NCBI GenBank assembly: GCA_017435905.1
Contig: JAFSEB010000040.1
Location: 3,796 to 67,795 of the forward strand
Reading direction: 5' to 3'
Length of the DNA stretch: 64,000 nucleotides
DNA from: Clostridia bacterium
GTDB lineage: Bacteria > Bacillota > Clostridia > Christensenellales > CAG-138
The translations under genes and the position numbers were made by a program. Below the pieces are notes generated by a model. That model did no database searches. It saw nothing but the letters and a program-made list of their open reading frames with translations, and had not been told where the DNA came from. Below are positions 45,466 through 55,116 of the stretch, one piece after another. Within the stretch, counting starts at the first letter, position 1; the number at the start of each line of letters is the position of its first letter.

Positions 45466-47070
45466 GTGAAACGTACACTGGCACTGCTTCTTGCACTGCT
45501 GCTTGTTGCTTTCGCATTCGTTGGCTGCAAAGAAGTTACCACCGACGAACCCAGCAACGAGCCCGCCACCAGCACTGCTCCCGAAACTTCCACCGCTCCC
45601 GAAGCTTCCGGCAGTGAATCCACCGAGACTGCTGACAAGGTACAGAAGGACACCATCGTTCTTGTTACCGAGTCCGAGCCCGAGACCCTCGACCCCGCCA
45701 GCGCCAACACCGACGCGATCTGCATCGTTCTTGGCATGATCGGTGATCACCTCTTCGATCTCCAGGCTGACGGCACCATGACCCTCGGCGGCGTCTGCGA
45801 GTCCTACGAAATGGTTGACGATACCACCGTTAACTTCGTGCTCAAGGAAGGCCTCAAGTGGTCCAACGGCGAGCCCCTCACCGCCAGCGACATCGTTTGG
45901 GAACTCAACCGTCTGAAGGAAGCCCCCCGCAGCGCCTCCAACTTCGCATTCGTGAACCCCGAAGGCACTGTTGCTACCGATGACACCCACTTCACCATCA
46001 AGATGAACCAGGCATGGGCCCCCTTCCAGAACACCCTTTCCACCGGCCGCGGTACCCTCGTAAGCCAGAAGGCATTCGAGACCATGGGCGAAGCCGACTT
46101 CAGCCGTGCTCCCATCTGCTCCGGTCCTTACAAGGTTGTTGAATGGCTCCCCGGCACTTCCATCTCCCTCACCCGTAACGAGCATTACTGGGGCGAGCCT
46201 GCGAAGACCGAGAACATCCTCATCAAGTTCATCCCCGAAGCCACCAGCCGCGTTATTGAGTGCGAAACCGGTGCTGCCGACATCGCTTACTACATCGAAG
46301 GTAACGACGTTGCCCGTGTTGACGAACTCGAAAACTACCGCATCGAGTCCGGTCATGCTTACCGCTACCTCGTAATCACCTACAGCATGCAGCACGAGAT
46401 CCTCAAGAACCAGGATGTTCGTTATGCTCTGTCCTACGCTATCGATAAGGAAATCCTCGTTGAGGCTTCCACCGATGGTCTCGGCCGTGTTAACAACGGT
46501 ATGATCTCTATGCCTGCCAGCGACTGGAAGGAAATGGAGCCCTGGCCCTATGATGTTGAGAAGGCTAAGGAATATCTGGCCAAGGCCGGCTATCCCGACG
46601 GTTTCGACATCGAGCTCCACATCGAGCCCCTGCCCGTTTACGAAAAGGCTGCTGAGATCCTCCAGGCCATGTGGGCTGAGATCGGCGTTAACGTGAACAT
46701 CGTTTCCAGCGCTCTTGCTACCTACGATGCCGCCAACAACGGCCAGTTCCAGATCTGCATCCGTGACTCCACGGCTTCCGAGGCTTCCAACATGTACATC
46801 ATCTACGAGTCCTCCTTCGGTTCCCGTATGCAGGGCAACGATGATTGGCTCGATGCGAAGCTCCTCGAGCTCCGTACCTACTACTACGACGATCCGCAGC
46901 GCGAAGTCTGCATCGACGAAGTGAACAACTACCTCTACGAGAAGCGTTATTCCTATCCCTACGGCAATATGCCCATCAACTATGCGGTCAGCGAGAAGCT
47001 CGAAGGCTTCGAGTTCCATCCCGCCATTGACCACATGAAGCACATTGCCGACTGGGTAGTTTACGAATAA
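45466..47070 (+). CDS. ABC transporter substrate-binding lipoprotein (family 5, peptide/nickel type)
   Basis: The GTG start follows AGGAGG. It has the lipobox FAFVGC, a TSTAPE-rich linker, then a typical SBP_bac_5 body. Confidence 0.9.
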   Translation: MKRTLALLLALLLVAFAFVGCKEVTTDEPSNEPATSTAPETSTAPEASGSESTETADKVQKDTIVLVTESEPETLDPASANTDAICIVLGMIGDHLFDLQADGTMTLGGVCESYEMVDDTTVNFVLKEGLKWSNGEPLTASDIVWELNRLKEAPRSASNFAFVNPEGTVATDDTHFTIKMNQAWAPFQNTLSTGRGTLVSQKAFETMGEADFSRAPICSGPYKVVEWLPGTSISLTRNEHYWGEPAKTENILIKFIPEATSRVIECETGAADIAYYIEGNDVARVDELENYRIESGHAYRYLVITYSMQHEILKNQDVRYALSYAIDKEILVEASTDGLGRVNNGMISMPASDWKEMEPWPYDVEKAKEYLAKAGYPDGFDIELHIEPLPVYEKAAEILQAMWAEIGVNVNIVSSALATYDAANNGQFQICIRDSTASEASNMYIIYESSFGSRMQGNDDWLDAKLLELRTYYYDDPQREVCIDEVNNYLYEKRYSYPYGNMPINYAVSEKLEGFEFHPAIDHMKHIADWVVYE

Positions 47071-47186
47071 GCTTCAGCAGCGAAACAAAACCAATAGCGG
47101 CGGCACTTTAGCCGCATAGAGGGCCGGCTGCCGGGCTGAGAGCCCGGCAGCCGGTTTTTCCAAGATTTATAGCCGGAGGAAACAAG

Positions 47187-48155
47187 ATGCTCAAGTACAT
47201 CTTTAAGAGGATCATCATGATGATCCCGGTAATGCTTGGCGTAACGTTCATTACATTTTCCATGATGTATTTTTCGCCGGGTGAGACTGCGGATTATATC
47301 CTCGGTGAATTGGCCACAGAAGAAGATAAGGCCCTTTTCAACGAGCAGAACGGTCTGAACCGACCCTTTATTGTGCAATATGTAAGTTATGTGGCAGACG
47401 CGGTCACCGGCGATTTCGGCATTTCCTATGCTACCCGCCAGCCCGTTATGAAAGAGATTATGTCAGCCTTCCCCACGACGATGAAACTTTCGCTTTGGGC
47501 GGAGGTGTTCGCCATTGTGATCGGCGTAACGCTGGGCGTTGTCTCCGCAGTGAAGCAGTATAGCTTCCTCGATAACGCCACCCGTATGTTTGCAATGATC
47601 GGTGTATCTCTCCCCAGCTTCTGGGAAGGTCTTATGCTGATCATTCTGTTCTCGGTCGTCCTCGGATGGCTGCCGCCTTCCGGCCTTTCCAGCTGGAAGC
47701 ACTGGATCCTTCCCGCTTTCACCCTGAGCACCTGGGGCCTTGCCGCCTGCATGCGTATGACCCGTTCCAGCATGCTGGAGGCCATCCGTGAGGACTATGT
47801 CCGCACGGCACGTGCCAAGGGCCAGAGTGAGATCGTGGTGATCATGAAGCACGCATTCCGCAATGCCGTGCTGCCCATCATCACCGTTGCCGGTACCGAC
47901 TTTGCAAAGCTCCTTGGCGGCGCAGCGGTTATCGAAACGGTATTCTCCATCAACGGTATCGGTAAGCTCATCGTTGACGGCATCAACACCAAGAATGCAC
48001 CCCTTGTACAGGGCGGCATCCTGTTCGTTGCCATTGCGATGTCCCTGATCAACCTGATGATCGACATCATCTATGCATTTGTTGACCCGCGCATCCGTTC
48101 CCAGTATGTCAGCGGCAAAAAGACAAAGGCCCCCAAGAAAGAGAAGGTGAGCTAA
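47187..48155 (+). CDS. ABC permease (OppB/DppB type)
   Basis: 322 aa starting MLKYIFKRI... with the EAA-loop region ...YVRTARAKG.... Confidence 0.9.
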   Translation: MLKYIFKRIIMMIPVMLGVTFITFSMMYFSPGETADYILGELATEEDKALFNEQNGLNRPFIVQYVSYVADAVTGDFGISYATRQPVMKEIMSAFPTTMKLSLWAEVFAIVIGVTLGVVSAVKQYSFLDNATRMFAMIGVSLPSFWEGLMLIILFSVVLGWLPPSGLSSWKHWILPAFTLSTWGLAACMRMTRSSMLEAIREDYVRTARAKGQSEIVVIMKHAFRNAVLPIITVAGTDFAKLLGGAAVIETVFSINGIGKLIVDGINTKNAPLVQGGILFVAIAMSLINLMIDIIYAFVDPRIRSQYVSGKKTKAPKKEKVS

Positions 48156-49061
48156 ATGGCTGCGATCAAGAATAAAAAGCAAGCTGTAAATGCTTCTTCC
48201 AATGAAGTTGCTGTTGGCGGTCACGGTCAGGCAAAAGAGATCATCGGTCGCTTCATGCGCAACAAGGCTGCTGTGTTCGGCCTTGTGATCGTTGCATTCC
48301 TTCTCATTGCTGCCATGTTCCCCCAGCTGTTCACCAAGTATGATCCCATTGCGCAGGATCTTCGTGCCCGCTTCCTCCCGCCGAGCAGCGAACACCTTTT
48401 CGGCACGGATGAATACGGCCGCGACATTTTCTCCCGTGTTATCTACGGCTGCCGCACCTCCATGGAGATCGGCCTTGTGACCGTTGCCATCTCCTGCGTC
48501 GTGGGCGTTGTGATCGGCGCAGTTGCCGGCTTCTACAGCGGCGTGACCGATAACGTGCTGATGCGCTTCATCGACATCCTGATGGCCATCCCGAACACGC
48601 TCCTTGGTATCTCCATCGTAGCGGCCCTCGGCAGCACCATCCCGAACCTGATCATCGCACTTTCCATCGGCTCCATTGCAGGCTATGCCCGTGTTACCCG
48701 TGTCAGCGTGCTTTCCACCAAGGGCACCGAATACGTGGAAGCGGCATATTCCACCGGCGCCAGCGATGCACGCATCATCTTCAAGTACATCCTGCCCAAC
48801 TGCCTTGCGCCCATCATCGTGCAGGCGACCATGAGCATTGCGACCACCATCATGTCCGCAACGGGTCTTAGCTTCCTTGGCCTCGGCGTTCCGCCACCGA
48901 CTCCGGAATGGGGCTCCATGGCGTCTTCCGCCCGTGCCTATATCCGCGACTACTGGTGGCTGGTCACTTTCCCGGGTCTTGCCATCATGACGGCTGCGTT
49001 CTCCTTCAACCTCTTCGGAGACGGCCTGCGTGACGCACTCGATCCCAAGCTCAAGACCTAA
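48156..49061 (+). CDS. ABC permease (OppC/DppC type)
   Basis: 301 aa with ...LFGTDEYGRDIFSRVIYG... and six TM helices. Confidence 0.9.
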   Translation: MAAIKNKKQAVNASSNEVAVGGHGQAKEIIGRFMRNKAAVFGLVIVAFLLIAAMFPQLFTKYDPIAQDLRARFLPPSSEHLFGTDEYGRDIFSRVIYGCRTSMEIGLVTVAISCVVGVVIGAVAGFYSGVTDNVLMRFIDILMAIPNTLLGISIVAALGSTIPNLIIALSIGSIAGYARVTRVSVLSTKGTEYVEAAYSTGASDARIIFKYILPNCLAPIIVQATMSIATTIMSATGLSFLGLGVPPPTPEWGSMASSARAYIRDYWWLVTFPGLAIMTAAFSFNLFGDGLRDALDPKLKT

Positions 49062-49075
49062 TGAGGTGAAAAACT

Positions 49076-50050
49076 ATGAGCGAAAACATTCTTGAAATCA
49101 AAGACCTTTATGTGCAGTACAGTGCCGGTAAGGACACCGTGCGTGCGGTAAACGGCATCACCCTTTCCCTTGAAAAGGGCGAATCCCTCGGCCTTGTGGG
49201 CGAGACCGGCGCCGGTAAGACCACCACTGCCCTTTCCATCATGGGCCTGATCCCCAACCCTCCGGGAAAGATCACCGGCGGTGAGATCCTCTACCGCGGC
49301 GAGAACCTCCGTGAGAAGAGCGAGAAGGAAATGCGCAAGATCCGCGGCCACGAGATCTCCATGATCTTCCAGGATCCCATGACGGCGCTCAACCCCATGC
49401 TTACCGTCGGCGACCAGATCGCAGAGGTCATCCGTCTGCATCAGAACGTCACCAAGGCGGAAGCCTTCCAGCGTGCGAAGGAAATGATGGAAGTCGTCGG
49501 CATCGAAGGCGGCCGTGCCAACGAGTATCCCCACCAGTTCTCCGGCGGCATGAAGCAGCGTATCGTTATCGCGATCGCCCTTGCCTGTAACCCCTCCCTG
49601 CTCATTGCAGACGAGCCCACCACCGCCCTTGACGTGACCATTCAGGCGCAGGTGCTCGAGCTCATCGAGCAGCTCAAGCGCAAGTATGATACCTCCCTCT
49701 TGCTCATCACCCATGACCTTGGCGTTGTGGCGGAAGTGTGCAACAAGGTCGCCATCATCTATGCGGGCGAGATCGTGGAATACGGCACGCTGGCCCACAT
49801 CTACAAGAATCCTTCTCACCCCTATACCATCGGCCTGTTCGGTTCCATCCCGAACCTCAACGAGACCGTGACCCGCCTCAAGCCCATCCCCGGCCTGATG
49901 CCCGACCCCACCAAGCTGCCCGAAGGCTGCGCCTTTGCGGAGCGCTGCGGCGAGGCCTGCGAGAAGTGCATGAAGGGTGCTGTGCCTTACATTGAGATCG
50001 AGCCCGGCCACATGGTGCGCTGCACGAAGTTTGCGGGAAAGGAGAACTGA
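49076..50050 (+). CDS. ABC ATP-binding protein (OppD/DppD type)
   Basis: Has Walker A GETGAGKT, signature FSGGMKQR, Walker B LLIADEPT and a C-terminal oligopeptide-type extension. Confidence 0.9.
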   Translation: MSENILEIKDLYVQYSAGKDTVRAVNGITLSLEKGESLGLVGETGAGKTTTALSIMGLIPNPPGKITGGEILYRGENLREKSEKEMRKIRGHEISMIFQDPMTALNPMLTVGDQIAEVIRLHQNVTKAEAFQRAKEMMEVVGIEGGRANEYPHQFSGGMKQRIVIAIALACNPSLLIADEPTTALDVTIQAQVLELIEQLKRKYDTSLLLITHDLGVVAEVCNKVAIIYAGEIVEYGTLAHIYKNPSHPYTIGLFGSIPNLNETVTRLKPIPGLMPDPTKLPEGCAFAERCGEACEKCMKGAVPYIEIEPGHMVRCTKFAGKEN

Positions 50051-50051
50051 T

Positions 50052-51014
50052 ATGTCTACCTTAGTTGAAGTCCAAAACTTAAAGAAATACTTCAAGACCC
50101 CCCGCGGCCTGCTCCACGCTGTGGATGATATCAACTTCAAGATCGAGCGCGGCCAGACCCTCGGCGTGGTCGGCGAGTCCGGCTGCGGCAAGTCCACCCT
50201 GGGCCGTACGGTCATCCACCTGCACGAGCGCACGGACGGCAAGATCTTCTTTGACGGCCGTGATGTGAGCGACCTTTCCAAGCAGGAGCTTAAGGAATTC
50301 CGCTCCCATGTGCAGATGATCTTCCAGGATCCCTTCTCCTCGCTCAACCCCCGTATGAGCGTCAGCCAGCTCATCGCTGAGCCCCTTCTGATCTACAAGA
50401 CCACGAAGAACTCTGCCGAGCTCGGCAAGGAAGTGGGCCGCCTGATGGACACCGTCGGTCTTGCAAGGCGCTTTGCCAATTCCTATCCCCACGAGCTGGA
50501 CGGCGGCCGCCGTCAGCGTATCGGCATTGCCCGTGCGCTGGCGCTGAACCCGGAATTCATCGTTTGCGATGAGCCGGTTTCCGCCCTTGACGTTTCCATT
50601 CAGGCACAGATCCTGAACCTGATGCAGGACCTGCAGGATGAGTTCGACCTCACCTACATGTTCATCACCCACAACATGAGCGTTGTGAAGCACATCAGCG
50701 ACAACATCATGATCATGTACCTTGGCAACATGGTGGAGTTCTCTTCTGCGGAGGAGATCTTCAAGAACCGCCTGCATCCCTATACCAAGGCGCTGCTTGC
50801 GGCCGTGCCGATCCCGGAGATCATCGAAGGCAGGAAGCGCCAGCTTCTGACCGGCGAGATCACTTCGCCCATCGACCCGAAGCCCGGCTGCCGTTTTGCT
50901 GCACGCTGCCCCTATGCAACGGATATCTGCCATCAGGAAAATCCGCAGCTTGAGGAAGCGATCGAAGGCCATTTCGTGGCCTGCCACAATGTAAAGGAAA
51001 TCAATCAGCTGTAA
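50052..51014 (+). CDS. ABC ATP-binding protein (OppF/DppF type)
   Basis: Start ATG 50052. Has GESGCGKST, LDGGRRQR and FIVCDEPVS. Confidence 0.9.
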   Translation: MSTLVEVQNLKKYFKTPRGLLHAVDDINFKIERGQTLGVVGESGCGKSTLGRTVIHLHERTDGKIFFDGRDVSDLSKQELKEFRSHVQMIFQDPFSSLNPRMSVSQLIAEPLLIYKTTKNSAELGKEVGRLMDTVGLARRFANSYPHELDGGRRQRIGIARALALNPEFIVCDEPVSALDVSIQAQILNLMQDLQDEFDLTYMFITHNMSVVKHISDNIMIMYLGNMVEFSSAEEIFKNRLHPYTKALLAAVPIPEIIEGRKRQLLTGEITSPIDPKPGCRFAARCPYATDICHQENPQLEEAIEGHFVACHNVKEINQL

Positions 51015-51045
51015 GCTGATGAATGCGGAGGAGAAAACAAATACT

Positions 51046-51795
51046 ATGCAGAACACCAATTGGATCAAACTGATGAGCTCCACCGAGTTTGCGGAGCGCA
51101 AAAAGACTTGTGACACCGTGATCATCCCCGTTGGTGCCATCGAAGTTTACGGTCCCCATATGCCCATGGGCAGCGACATCATCTGCGCACAGGATATCGC
51201 AGAGCGTGTTGCGGAGCGTGTCAACGCCATGATCGGCCCCTCCCTTGAGGTCGGCGAATCCTATTCCCTCACCAAGTATCCCGGCACCCTGTACATCCGT
51301 CCCAGCACCTGGACCGCCATCATCGAGGACTACATGACCTCCCTGCTGCACCTTGGCTTCAAGAACTTCATGTTCATCAACGGCCATGCGGGCAACGTGC
51401 CCATGGTCGGTCAGGTTTGCCGTCCCCTCGAGCGTGAGCTTGGCATCAAGTGTGCACAGGTAGACTGGTGGCGCTTCACCCGCAACCAGGCCCTCGGCGT
51501 ATGCGAGACCACCGGCTGGATGTGCCACGGCCATGCCAGCGAGTGCGGCACTTCCGTCATGCTCCACCTCCATCCCGAGTATGTGGATATGTCCAAGGCT
51601 GAAAAGGTCACCCCCAAAGAGGGCGATGAATACGAAAAGTACGGCGACATCATCGACTTCACCGTGTTCAACGAGACCACCGAAAACGGCATCCTTGGCG
51701 ACGCCACCATCGCCACCGCCGAAAAGGGCAAGGAAGTTGTGGAACGCTGCGTAGCCCGCATTGCGGAGTACATGCAGTGGAAGTTCAACTGCTGA
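51046..51795 (+). CDS. Creatininase-family amidohydrolase
   Basis: ...DTVIIPVGAIEVYGPHMPMGSD...FINGHAGN...HASECGTS... matches the creatinine amidohydrolase family pattern. The alternative start is ATG 51019. Confidence 0.75.
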   Translation: MQNTNWIKLMSSTEFAERKKTCDTVIIPVGAIEVYGPHMPMGSDIICAQDIAERVAERVNAMIGPSLEVGESYSLTKYPGTLYIRPSTWTAIIEDYMTSLLHLGFKNFMFINGHAGNVPMVGQVCRPLERELGIKCAQVDWWRFTRNQALGVCETTGWMCHGHASECGTSVMLHLHPEYVDMSKAEKVTPKEGDEYEKYGDIIDFTVFNETTENGILGDATIATAEKGKEVVERCVARIAEYMQWKFNC

Positions 51796-51823
51796 GCAAC
51801 AGATCCTGAAGGGAGATAAAACC

Positions 51824-52663
51824 ATGTTTGATAAGAAGTACATTGCTGCATGCATCCAGCTTGACACCAACGACAACTACGAGCACAACCTGAAGTGCGC
51901 TGCGGAGCTCATCGGCGAAGCCGCCGGCCGTGGCGCCAAGCTCATCACCATGCCGGAAAACTGGACCTACCAGGGCCATGACTACCGTGACTATGCGGAA
52001 GATATGCCCGGCGGCCGTACCTGCACCATGCTCAGCGAGCTTGCCAAGAAGTACAACATGTGGATCCACAGCGGCAGCTCCAGCCAGAAGAACCCCAACC
52101 CCGAAGATCCCCGTCCCCTGAACACCAGCATGCTCATCAACCCCAACGGCGAGCTTGTTGCCAAGTACACCAAGGTTCATATGTTTGACGTGGATATCAT
52201 CGGCGGCGGCAGCTTCCGTGAGTCCGAGAGCAAGTGCCCCGGCAACGAGATCGTTGTGTACGACACCAAGGAAGTCGGTAAGCTCGGTCTTGCCATCTGC
52301 TACGACCTCCGCTTCCCGGAGCAGTTCCGTCTGATGGCTATGGAAGGTGCGGATGTGTTCTTCAACCCCGCCAGCTTCGTTCTCATGAGTGGCAAGGATC
52401 ACTGGGAAGTGCTCCTCCGTGCCCGTGCCATTGAAAACAGCTGCTACCTGATGGCTGCCGACCAGTGCGGCGTCAAGTATGACGGCCCCACCTACGGCCG
52501 TTCCATCATCATCGATCCCTGGGGCAACGTCATTGCCAAGGCGCCGGACTATCCCTGCGTCATCACTGCGGAGATCGATCCCAACTATCGCATGAAGGTC
52601 AAGAAGCAGGTCATCACCCTTGAAAACAGGCGTGAAGACGTGTACAACCTCAGCAAGGTCTAA
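51824..52663 (+). CDS. Carbon-nitrogen hydrolase (nitrilase superfamily), paralog 1
   Basis: 279 aa with the E-K-C triad context: MPENW, AKYTKVH and LAICYDLRFPE. Confidence 0.85.
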   Translation: MFDKKYIAACIQLDTNDNYEHNLKCAAELIGEAAGRGAKLITMPENWTYQGHDYRDYAEDMPGGRTCTMLSELAKKYNMWIHSGSSSQKNPNPEDPRPLNTSMLINPNGELVAKYTKVHMFDVDIIGGGSFRESESKCPGNEIVVYDTKEVGKLGLAICYDLRFPEQFRLMAMEGADVFFNPASFVLMSGKDHWEVLLRARAIENSCYLMAADQCGVKYDGPTYGRSIIIDPWGNVIAKAPDYPCVITAEIDPNYRMKVKKQVITLENRREDVYNLSKV

Positions 52664-52672
52664 GCGATACGG

Positions 52673-52710
52673 GCGGCGCGGGAGAGATCCCTCTCCCACG
52701 CCGCATTTTT
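52673..52710 (+). terminator. Terminator-like hairpin between the two nitrilase paralogs
   Basis: GCGGCGCGGGAGAG-ATCC-CTCTCCCACGCCGC followed by ATTTTT. Confidence 0.5.
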
Positions 52711-52752
52711 ACGTCCAAATTTTACCAATAATACAGCAAGAGGGAAAAGATC

Positions 52753-53592
52753 ATGTTCGAAAACAAATACGTTGCTGCGGTCATCCAGCTTGACACCAAC
52801 GAAAATTACGAAGAAAACCTGAAAGCGGCTGCGGACTTTATCGGCGAAGCCAGCGCACGTCAGGCAAAGCTCGTTACCCTGCCCGAAAACTGGACCTATC
52901 AGGGCAATGATTACCGTGACTATGCGGAAGATATGCCCGGCGGCCGTCTTGCCACCATGCTCAGCGAGCTGGCGGTGAAGTACAACATGTGGATCCACAG
53001 CGGCAGCTCCAGCGAAAAGAACGAGAACCCTGCAGATCCCCGTCCCCACAACACCAGCATGCTCTTCAACCCCAAGGGCGAGCTTGTTGCCAAGTACCGC
53101 AAGATCCATGCTTCCGATATGGATGTTGCCGGCGCCCACGCCTACCGTGAGAGCGACCACAAGTGCCCCGGCAAGGATATCGTGGTTTACGATACCAAGG
53201 AGATCGGTAAGCTGGGTCTTTCCATCTGCTACGACCTTCGCTTCCCCGAGCTTTTCCGCCTGATGGCGCTTGACGGTGCGGATCTGTTCTTCGTGCCCTC
53301 CAGCTTCTACCTGATGACCGGTAAGGACCACTGGGACATCCTGCTCCAGAGCCGCGCCATTGAAAACAGCTGCTACCTGATGGCCGGCGGCCAGTGCGGC
53401 GTGAAGTACGACGGCCCCACCTACGGCCGTTCCCTCATCATCGATCCCTGGGGCAACATCATCGCCAAGGCTTCCGACAAGCCCTGCGTGATCACCGCCG
53501 AGATCGATCCCGAATACCGCATGAAGGTCAAGAAGCAGGTCATCACCCTTGAAAACAGGCGTGAGGACGTATACAGGCTCTTCAAGAAATAA
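52753..53592 (+). CDS. Carbon-nitrogen hydrolase (nitrilase superfamily), paralog 2
   Basis: 279 aa, about 75% identical by eye to paralog 1, with the triad context conserved (LPENW, AKYRKIH, LSICYDLRFPE). Confidence 0.85.
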   Translation: MFENKYVAAVIQLDTNENYEENLKAAADFIGEASARQAKLVTLPENWTYQGNDYRDYAEDMPGGRLATMLSELAVKYNMWIHSGSSSEKNENPADPRPHNTSMLFNPKGELVAKYRKIHASDMDVAGAHAYRESDHKCPGKDIVVYDTKEIGKLGLSICYDLRFPELFRLMALDGADLFFVPSSFYLMTGKDHWDILLQSRAIENSCYLMAGGQCGVKYDGPTYGRSLIIDPWGNIIAKASDKPCVITAEIDPEYRMKVKKQVITLENRREDVYRLFKK

Positions 53593-53614
53593 TCTTATTT
53601 TCGGCACTTTGCTG

Positions 53615-53650
53615 GAACGCTCCGCAGCGCTTGCTGCGGGGCGTTCTTTC
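53615..53650 (+). terminator. Rho-independent terminator
   Basis: GAACGCTCCGCAGC-GCTT-GCTGCGGGGCGTTC followed by TTTC. Confidence 0.55.
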
Positions 53651-53794
53651 TGCCTTTTGTATGAAAAATGCGCTGCGCTCTTGCAAATGCGCAGCGTTTG
53701 TGTAAAATATAACAGGGAGCCGAAAAGAGCGGCTTTTCGGACATTTTTTCTGCAAAACAAGCGCCTGCTGCGGCGCGGCAAGGAACGGTTTTTT

Positions 53795-54157
53795 ATGAAA
53801 TATCTCACCCAGCTTCTGATCATTTTCGCCTTTACCTTTCTCGGTGAGGCGCTGAGCGCATTGCTGCCGCTGCCCATCCCGGCATCCATCTACGGGCTGG
53901 TGCTTCTTTTTCTTGCGCTGAAGCTGAAGCTGGTGCGCACGCAGCAGGTGGAGGATGTGGGCAGCTTCTTTATCAGCCTGCTGCCGATCCTGTTCGTGGC
54001 GCCCATGGTGGACCTGATGGACTGCTGGGAAACGCTGCGCAGTGCGCTGCTGCCTTCCCTTGCGGTGATCGTGGTCTCCACGGTGTTCGTTTTCTACATT
54101 TCCGGCAGGGTCACGGAACTTGTGCTGCGCAAGCAGGAGGAAAAGCACCATGACTGA
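53795..54157 (+). CDS. CidA/LrgA-family holin-like protein
   Basis: Start ATG 53795. The 120-aa, four-TM protein reads LLIIFAFTFLGEALSALLPLPIPASIYGLVLLFLAL. It overlaps the next gene by 8 nt. Confidence 0.8.
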   Translation: MKYLTQLLIIFAFTFLGEALSALLPLPIPASIYGLVLLFLALKLKLVRTQQVEDVGSFFISLLPILFVAPMVDLMDCWETLRSALLPSLAVIVVSTVFVFYISGRVTELVLRKQEEKHHD

Positions 54158-54845
54158 GTTTCTTTCCGAAAACGCACTCTGGGCGCTGACGCTGACCGTT
54201 GCGGCATATCAGCTTGGGGCGTGGGTGCAGAAAAAGACACGCATTGCCGCCCTGTCGCCCATCCTGACGGGCGCCGCCCTCGTTATCGTGCTGCTGATCG
54301 TGCTGAAAGTGCCCAACGCACAGTACCAGGCCGGTATGACCCATTTATCCTTCCTCTTAACGCCCTGCACGGTCTGCTTTGGGATTCCCCTCTATAAGCA
54401 GCTCGACCGCCTCAAAGGCAATTTAACGGCGATTTTCGCAGGGGTCTTCGCAGGCGCAGCGGCAAGCATTTTTCTGATCGCCGGCATGTGCTTCTTCCTG
54501 CGCACGGAAAACGCCGTCAGCATTGCGCTGCTGCCCAAGAGCATCACCACCGCCATGGCGCTGCCCCTGAGCGAAAAGGCAGGCGGTCTTGTGCCGCTGA
54601 CGGCAGCTGCGGTGATCCTTTCGGGCATCCTTGGCAACGTGGCAGGCGAGGGGATCGCAAAGGCTTCGAAGATATGCCACCCCATTGCCAAGGGCGTTGC
54701 CTTCGGCACCGCATCCCACGTGGCAGGCACCGCAAAAGCGGCGGAGCTTGATGAGCTGACGGGCGCCGTCAGCAGCCTCTCCCTTGTGGTGGCAGGCATT
54801 TTGACGGCAGTGCTGATGCCCTTCCTGCTGCCGCTGTTTGCATAA
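54150..54845 (+). CDS. LrgB/CidB-family membrane protein
   Basis: Start ATG 54150 follows AGGAGG. 231 aa with ...LLPKSITTAMALPLSE...FGTASHVAGTA.... Confidence 0.85.
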   Translation: MTEFLSENALWALTLTVAAYQLGAWVQKKTRIAALSPILTGAALVIVLLIVLKVPNAQYQAGMTHLSFLLTPCTVCFGIPLYKQLDRLKGNLTAIFAGVFAGAAASIFLIAGMCFFLRTENAVSIALLPKSITTAMALPLSEKAGGLVPLTAAAVILSGILGNVAGEGIAKASKICHPIAKGVAFGTASHVAGTAKAAELDELTGAVSSLSLVVAGILTAVLMPFLLPLFA

Positions 54846-55116
54846 CCACCAATGCATGTTGGGGCTGAAGAACTGCGCCAAATATGCGCCTGCTCCCTGA
54901 AGGGCTCCGGCATCTCATTCTAAAGGCCCGTGAACCGTCGGTTCACGGGCTTCTGCGTGCCCCCCTTATTACGGGGCAGGGATCTTCCGTAATCTTTCAT
55001 GACGGTGCCGATATGAAATACGCTGCGCCGTTTATGCAGCAGAAACAGGATTTCCCTTTCATGGAAGGGAAATTTGCTGTATGATATAAAATTGGAAACC
55101 TTTGTGGGAGGAAAAC

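Noticed and set aside
45379-47043. 554-aa - strand ORF opposite SBP 1, and 57383-59206 (+) opposite SBP 2
   Set aside because: Both are shadows of the substrate-binding protein genes, which have lipoboxes and RBSs.
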